NCBI GenBank assembly: GCA_016933575.1
Contig: JAFGAR010000088.1
Coordinates: forward strand, 1 to 64,000
Source of the DNA: Candidatus Thorarchaeota archaeon
GTDB lineage: Archaea; Asgardarchaeota; Thorarchaeia; Thorarchaeales; Thorarchaeaceae
Length of the DNA stretch: 64,000 bases
Reading direction: 5' to 3'
Below, piece by piece: positions 58,516-64,000 of the stretch. A program made the position numbers and the translations under genes. Below the pieces are notes generated by a model. The model was not told where the DNA came from and ran no database searches. It saw only the letters and a program-made list of their open reading frames with translations. Position 1 is the stretch's first letter. Each line of letters opens with the position of its first letter.

Positions 58516-59036
58516 ACTAGTTTTGCCCCTGCACGGACAGCATCAATGTCAAGTTTGAGTGCCTTTGCTGCTATAAATTCAGTCAATGTCTTCTCTAGAA
58601 CTTCAATTGGAAACAATCCTGCTTTTTGTACCAAGGCTCCAAGCATCACCATATTTGATACTAACCTGAGACCCAATTCATCTGCAGTTCGCATTGCAGG
58701 AACTTGTACTACCTCATACCCTTGGATATTGTCAGTATTTACTAAATCAGGGTCAGCAATTACAACACTGCCCTTCTTGGCATCTTTCAAATACAAATCC
58801 AGAGCTTTTTGGGACATCACGATGAAGTAATCCGATAAGCGAACCTTCGGATATTGAATTGGTTTGTCGCTTATTATGACCTCACTCTTTGCTGCGGTTC
58901 CACGGGCTTCAGCACCATAACTTTGGCTCTGAACTGCATCAAGATTTCCATATACCACTGCGGCATGACCAAGTATCACACCTGCAAGAACTACACCCAT
59001 ACCACCAGTCCCGGCAATCCGGATTTCAGTTCGCAT
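58512..59036 (-). CDS. 2-oxoacid:ferredoxin oxidoreductase gamma subunit
   Basis: EIRIAG.GG.GV, QSYGAEARG, NMVMLGA. Confidence 0.92.
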   Translation of the reverse strand: MRTEIRIAGTGGMGVVLAGVILGHAAVVYGNLDAVQSQSYGAEARGTAAKSEVIISDKPIQYPKVRLSDYFIVMSQKALDLYLKDAKKGSVVIADPDLVNTDNIQGYEVVQVPAMRTADELGLRLVSNMVMLGALVQKAGLFPIEVLEKTLTEFIAAKALKLDIDAVRAGAKLV

Positions 59037-59880
59037 CCTTCACTTCCTCCAAGTTCGCAAATGTTGCCTTCATCGAGTCTATGAACTCTATCTCATTGCG
59101 GTCGACAAAAACACCGAGATCTACACCATCTCGTGTTGGAATCTTAGAATCCAGTGGTTCTCCACGTTTACGTACTGGAAACTTCTTGAACCATTCAATC
59201 ATCTCTGTAGGACCTCCAGTCTTTGTTCTACGCCCGTAGGCTGTAGGACATTGAGAGACCATCTCTATGAAGGAGAATCCCTTCTTTTCAAGAGCTGTTC
59301 GTATTGAGCGAGCGGCTTGTACGGGATGTGCTGTTGTCCAACGCGCAACGTAGTTTGCTCCAGCAGCAGTTACTAGACGAGCCATATCAAAAGGACGCTC
59401 AGGATTTCCATATGGAGAGGTACTAGTACGGTCTCCTGTAAACGTAGTTGGTCCAACCTGACCTCCAGTCATTCCATAGATATAGTTGTTGACACAGATT
59501 ACCGTCATATCGATATTACGACGGGCGGCATGAATCAGATGGTTTCCACCAATTGCTGCAAGGTCTCCATCACCGCTAATCACTACGATTTTGAGTTCTG
59601 GTGTAGCTAGTTTCAAACCAGTCGCAAATGCAATTGCACGACCATGAGTCGTATGAAGTGTATCCGCTTTGAAATGTGGAGATGTGATCCAAGAACTGCA
59701 GCCAATTCCTGAAACGAAGGCAAATCCTGAGAAGTCATCATGCCCCATATCTTTGATTGCTTTGAGAAAAGCGGAAGTGACGATTCCTGCGCCACAACCC
59801 GGACAGAAGGTATTTGGCAAAGTTTCTTCGCGGAGATAGTGTCGTGCAAAGTGCTTAGTAGTTGTTGACAAGACATTCAC
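59026..59880 (-). CDS. 2-oxoacid:ferredoxin oxidoreductase beta subunit (TPP-binding)
   Basis: FCPGCG, SGIGCS, HGRA, GDGD..AIGGNH, NN.IYGMTGGQ, CPT. Confidence 0.93.
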   Translation of the reverse strand: MNVLSTTTKHFARHYLREETLPNTFCPGCGAGIVTSAFLKAIKDMGHDDFSGFAFVSGIGCSSWITSPHFKADTLHTTHGRAIAFATGLKLATPELKIVVISGDGDLAAIGGNHLIHAARRNIDMTVICVNNYIYGMTGGQVGPTTFTGDRTSTSPYGNPERPFDMARLVTAAGANYVARWTTAHPVQAARSIRTALEKKGFSFIEMVSQCPTAYGRRTKTGGPTEMIEWFKKFPVRKRGEPLDSKIPTRDGVDLGVFVDRNEIEFIDSMKATFANLEEVKDAN

Positions 59881-60005
59881 CCTTGGACAGGGAGAGTCCA
59901 GTACGTTCCAGTTAATAATCCATTCTTTATGGATACAGAGTTTTACCCAAAAAGATTAATTATAGTAGCTACTCAATCCTGTTTTGGATAGAGGAGAGGA
60001 TTTCG

Positions 60006-60338
60006 TTGAGAGATTGCCAAAACTGTAATTACTGTACAGATGTCAAAAAGATAGGGGATTCTTGATGGGTCAATTGTACAAATCCAGCACGTTCTATAGA
60101 GGCAGACTTCAAAGGTAGAAACTGGGGGAGAAGCGGGTTGAATCTTCCATGTTGGATCGAAAAGGTCATCTATGCTCATGAGGAAATCGAACCGGTCAAG
60201 CCATCAGGATTCCAGAGGTTTAGAAAGCAAGGACCTTTACAGTCATATTTTGAAAGACCAAGAGATGGGACTATGAATATACCATGGCATTACATACTTC
60301 ATTCAAAGATAAAGGAACTATTCATGGAAGAAGAATAG
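60006..60338 (+). pseudogene. Cys-rich small ORF with in-frame TGA at 60063-60065 (pseudogene or recoded)
   Basis: GAGGAG SD, then TTG-RDCQNCNYC...GDS-TGA-WVNCTNP...LNLPCW..., in frame with track ORF 60138..60338. Confidence 0.45.
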
Positions 60339-60502
60339 CATCAAAGACCACATAATAAAATGAATTATGATTCATTATTTTGACTTCTCCATTTTCGTGA
60401 CTTTTTATGGGTTTGCCTTGGCGCTGCTCCAAACGCCGACCTTTTTTAATTATGAAACCAAGTCTGTCATTAAAGAGGAGATAACGCACTCAAGGTGATA
60501 CT

Positions 60503-61834
60503 ATGAGAGCGGATGGAAAAATAAAGATCGCACTACTACTTGCGATTGTACTTGCTGTGGGTGTTCTAGGAAATCCAGTAATTAGTTCCAATATTGAACC
60601 ACAACTATTGGAAGACCAGAATGGATTTTCCACTGCGTACACTCCACATGCGGCAATCATAATTCACAGTAATACTGAGATGGTCGCTCGGGCAACAACA
60701 GAATCATGGCCAGGTGATGGTTCAGCAGGAAATCCCTATGTAATAACGGGATATTATTTCTATGACACAACACATTCACTTGAGATATATGATACTAGTC
60801 TCTACTGGGTGTTTACTGGCAATGAGGTGAATGGTTCAGGTGATCCAACTGTCTGGTGTGGAATAGCAATCGATAATGCTACAAATGGCATAATCTCGAA
60901 TAACCTGTTCCATAACAGGTATCGAGGTGTCTGGCTGGATGATGTGACCAATGTCAACATAACTGGAAATATAATACAAAACAATCATCTCCATGGAATA
61001 GAATGTGTTGGATTCATCAACGGTTGTCTGATATCAGAAAACACTGTGACACGATGTGAAGGAGCTGGAATTCGTTCAGTCATAGCTACAGACTGCATTA
61101 TCTCAGACAATGTGATATACGAAAATGACTTGAGTGGAATTCAGGTCGTAGGAAGCTCAACTAGATGTGAGATAAATAATAATGAAATTAATTTGATGGG
61201 AAGCATGGGTATCCAACTTGGCCCTTCAACATCAGTTTCTATCAAACACAACCAAATCAGTAACACATCAGGTGCAGGTATGTATCTACAAGGATCTGAT
61301 GGTATTGAAATCTACAATAACACAATAGAGCATTGCGATGATGATGGGATGAAGCTTACCACATGTGAAAGAGGGTTGGTTCACGAGAATACTATTACAT
61401 CATGTGATGGTATTGGTATCTACATCGTTTCAGGAGAGAACTCAACATTCAAACTCAACCATATTGAAGGCGTAACTGAGTATGGAATCAAGACTGGAGT
61501 AGCTGCCATGAACATGACCATAACACGAAATGCATTCATCAATAATGGTGGAACTGCGCAGGTCTATGATGATGGTGAGAACAATGTATACATCTATAAT
61601 TACTACGATGATTGGACATCCCCAGATGTAGACGCAGACCAAATCGTAGATGTGCCCTATGTAATGGATGGAGATGCTGATAATGAGGACCCATATCCTC
61701 TCACTGAATCGCCAACAGGAACAAATCCAAGTGGCGGAGAGAGCTTCTCGATACCAATAGATGTTCTATTGATTGTAAGTGGCGGAGTTGCACTTGTGAT
61801 TGTAATGGTAGTTCTTGTAAAGAAGAGATGTTGA
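60503..61834 (+). CDS. Surface-anchored right-handed beta-helix (NosD/PbH1-repeat) protein
   Basis: Signal peptide, WPGDGS..NPYVI, many I..N.I....GI repeats, NYYDDW...D.YPL, C-terminal TM + KKR. Confidence 0.88.
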   Translation: MRADGKIKIALLLAIVLAVGVLGNPVISSNIEPQLLEDQNGFSTAYTPHAAIIIHSNTEMVARATTESWPGDGSAGNPYVITGYYFYDTTHSLEIYDTSLYWVFTGNEVNGSGDPTVWCGIAIDNATNGIISNNLFHNRYRGVWLDDVTNVNITGNIIQNNHLHGIECVGFINGCLISENTVTRCEGAGIRSVIATDCIISDNVIYENDLSGIQVVGSSTRCEINNNEINLMGSMGIQLGPSTSVSIKHNQISNTSGAGMYLQGSDGIEIYNNTIEHCDDDGMKLTTCERGLVHENTITSCDGIGIYIVSGENSTFKLNHIEGVTEYGIKTGVAAMNMTITRNAFINNGGTAQVYDDGENNVYIYNYYDDWTSPDVDADQIVDVPYVMDGDADNEDPYPLTESPTGTNPSGGESFSIPIDVLLIVSGGVALVIVMVVLVKKRC

Positions 61835-61852
61835 AGAACATGTGATTACAAA

Positions 61853-61894
61853 GCGGAGTCATGATTCGCCCCATGATTCCGCGGTTCTTTTTTT
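61853..61894 (+). terminator. Hairpin plus U-tract terminator
   Basis: GCGGAGTCATG/CATGATTCCGC stem (G-U on plus) followed by TTCTTTTTTT. Confidence 0.6.
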
Positions 61895-62028
61895 ATCTGT
61901 AATAAGATGAGTTTCCATTAATAGTTGTCAATCACAGATTATTGAGGAATATCGGAGCTAGCATCAATTTTAAAACGGCATCACGTCGCCATCACTTCTG
62001 AATTCATTTGATTTAGTGGTGAAACTAA

Positions 62029-62469
62029 ATGTCAGATGTCGCAGCAATGAGGTCCTTCAATCGTGAACTCGCAGCGGTTGTAGGCGCAACAATAGAAGTT
62101 TCAACAAAAGATGGAAAGACCTACCAAGGCACTCTCAAGGGAATTGATCAAAACACCCTGAGCATTATTCTATCTGATGTTGTTGCAGTAGGAGAGAGTG
62201 GAAACATTCCCAAGATTTTCATCTATGGTAGTAGTATTGTTTCATTCTCAGTGGCTCAAAAAGAGGTCAGTCTTGAGGGATTAGCTAAAGAACTCGAGAA
62301 GACATTTCCTCCTGGTGGTGTGAATTTCTATCCTGAAACGGGAGGTGGCGTGATCGTCGTCATGAACAAAATAAGGATCACACCAGAGGGTGTTGACGGG
62401 TCAGGTCCACTCTATGAGAGAGTGCGTGAGATTGCTGAGGATTGGCTTAGAGATAGAGGATTGATATAG
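62029..62469 (+). CDS. Sm/Lsm protein with C-terminal domain (SmAP3-like)
   Basis: Sm1 (V..KDGKTYQG.L.G.D...SIILSD), Sm2 (IFIYG..I), extra domain ...VMNKI.I...GV.GSGP. Confidence 0.88.
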   Translation: MSDVAAMRSFNRELAAVVGATIEVSTKDGKTYQGTLKGIDQNTLSIILSDVVAVGESGNIPKIFIYGSSIVSFSVAQKEVSLEGLAKELEKTFPPGGVNFYPETGGGVIVVMNKIRITPEGVDGSGPLYERVREIAEDWLRDRGLI

Positions 62470-62887
62470 AAATAAGTCAAAGATGAATTTCCAGTTTCTT
62501 TCTCATTATATTAGTGGATACTGGAAATACTGTTCAAATATCCGACTGCGACACCTGATATTTGCTGACTTTCTTCAATTCAAGTAGGACTCTATGGTAT
62601 CTGTGTTGTTGGGACTCAATCCACGATTGAACTTTCAATCTTTTCTTAACATCATCAGGAGGTGCTTGAATAGCTACAATCATAGCTCCATCTCGTGTCT
62701 TTGTTCTTGCTCTCCAAAGAACAGAAACACGACCAGTCCCCGGGTAGTACCATATCTCAGTAGGAGATGAAACTGATTCGACACCTAGATTGTAGAAAGT
62801 CCTTCTCAGTCTAAACTAGAAAATACTAGGTCTATTGCTGCAACTACGTATTTAGAACAGACTCATATCACTAACTGACAATGAAAA

Positions 62888-64000
62888 CTAGAGAAGGCGA
62901 CGAAGGCCTAATTCATCCAGGTCTTTCTTCTTCTCAAGTTCTTTGTGTTTTCTACCACCGAGAGTCCGCTCTAGAGGCTTGAGTCTATCTTCCCAAGAAC
63001 CTCGTGGCGAATCTGGTATCTTCCCAAATGCCTTTGCTCTTGCCTGAACTGAACCAAGTGACGTGGTCTGTGAACCTATTACGCCAAATTCTGCAAGACG
63101 CTTTGTTGCTACTGATATTCCAGATTCTTCTTTTGATCGCGGGAGCAATTGAGGACTCTTCACTCCAGTGAGAATAAGCATGACCCGCAATACACCGCCC
63201 AGACGAGGATCGACTCGAGCCCCCCAGATAACATTTGCATCAAGACTCATCTTCTCGGAAACCAGTTCACCGACCTTATTAGCCTCAGCGAGGCTCATGT
63301 CCGGGCCTCCAGTGATGTGAATCAATGCACCTGTGGCCCCACTCCACTCTACTTCTAGGAGGGGGCTGTTCAACGCGTTCTTTATCGCTGCGTGTGCTCG
63401 GTCTTGGCCAGTGGCCTCACCAAGTCCGACAAGGGCTACACCACCATTGCAGATAATTGAGCGAACGTCAGCATAATCCAAATTGATCAGGCTAGGCATA
63501 GTAATGGTTTCAGTGATGCCTTTGACCATATTGGCAAGGACTTCATCAGCTACACCAAATGCTTCCTCTATGGGTAGATCTGGAACAAGTTGCATGAGCT
63601 TCTGGTTATCAATGACTACAGCTGTGTCAACATTCTCTTGAAGACGAGCAAGACCAGCTTTTGCCTTATCGATACGAGTTCGTTCAAGACTGAAAGGCAT
63701 TGTAACAACACCAACCACAATTGCATCGTTGTTTTTCGCAATCTCTGCCACAACTGGTGCACTCCCTGTTCCTGTACCACCGCCCATACCTGCTGCAATA
63801 AAGACTAGGTCAGCATCGCGGAGTAATTCGGTCAATTGCCCTGTGGATTCCTCAGCTGCAGCTTTCCCAACATGAGGGTAGCCCCCGGCTCCTAGTCCTC
63901 GGGTAATTCGTTCTCCAATCAATAGTTTCCTGTGTGCTGTGGTAACAGCAAGATGTTGTCTATCTGTATTGATTGCAATACATTCAGCGCCTTGAACACC
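62888..64000 (-). CDS. ftsZ: Cell division protein FtsZ (5'-truncated by window edge)
   Basis: [35 protein letters not shown]; frame open to 64000. Confidence 0.96.
   Translation of the reverse strand, partial: GVQGAECIAINTDRQHLAVTTAHRKLLIGERITRGLGAGGYPHVGKAAAEESTGQLTELLRDADLVFIAAGMGGGTGTGSAPVVAEIAKNNDAIVVGVVTMPFSLERTRIDKAKAGLARLQENVDTAVVIDNQKLMQLVPDLPIEEAFGVADEVLANMVKGITETITMPSLINLDYADVRSIICNGGVALVGLGEATGQDRAHAAIKNALNSPLLEVEWSGATGALIHITGGPDMSLAEANKVGELVSEKMSLDANVIWGARVDPRLGGVLRVMLILTGVKSPQLLPRSKEESGISVATKRLAEFGVIGSQTTSLGSVQARAKAFGKIPDSPRGSWEDRLKPLERTLGGRKHKELEKKKDLDELGLRRLL

Noticed and set aside
1-64000. CRISPR arrays, IS elements, rRNA, and the many short antisense ORFs in the track
   Set aside because: No spaced direct repeats, transposase motifs or rRNA-like sequence seen; the short ORFs are shadows of well-supported genes

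Overview
Gene-dense archaeal chromosomal window, most consistent with an Asgard archaeon, probably Thorarchaeia. This is inferred from the longin-like, PCI-like, LRR and Urm1-like proteins, the H4MPT C1 genes, SmAP3, TFE-beta, and BHB-intron tRNAs. It holds about 65 CDS, with a truncated M1 aminopeptidase at the left edge and a truncated ftsZ at the right edge. Housekeeping genes include valS, pyrH, pyrB, trm1, rlmE, srp19, gar1, polX, acs, ftr, fwdC and mch. There are five tRNA genes; three carry two introns each and share an unusual T-loop (58/59) intron. No transposase, integrase, CRISPR array or rRNA was seen. Top candidates for a second look: (1) a PEP-synthase/dikinase-type phosphotransferase split into stand-alone ATP-grasp and phospho-His genes beside two uncharacterised genes (18.6-22.2 kb); (2) a NifS/Sec-lyase-SelD fusion; (3) multi-intron tRNAs; (4) an acs locus with a CoA-transferase-GNAT fusion and an RBS-sequestering leader; (5) hidden small transcripts and micro-ORFs at 38.7-38.95 kb; (6) a Cys-rich ORF with an in-frame TGA. 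All calls come from reading the sequence by eye; no database searches were run.
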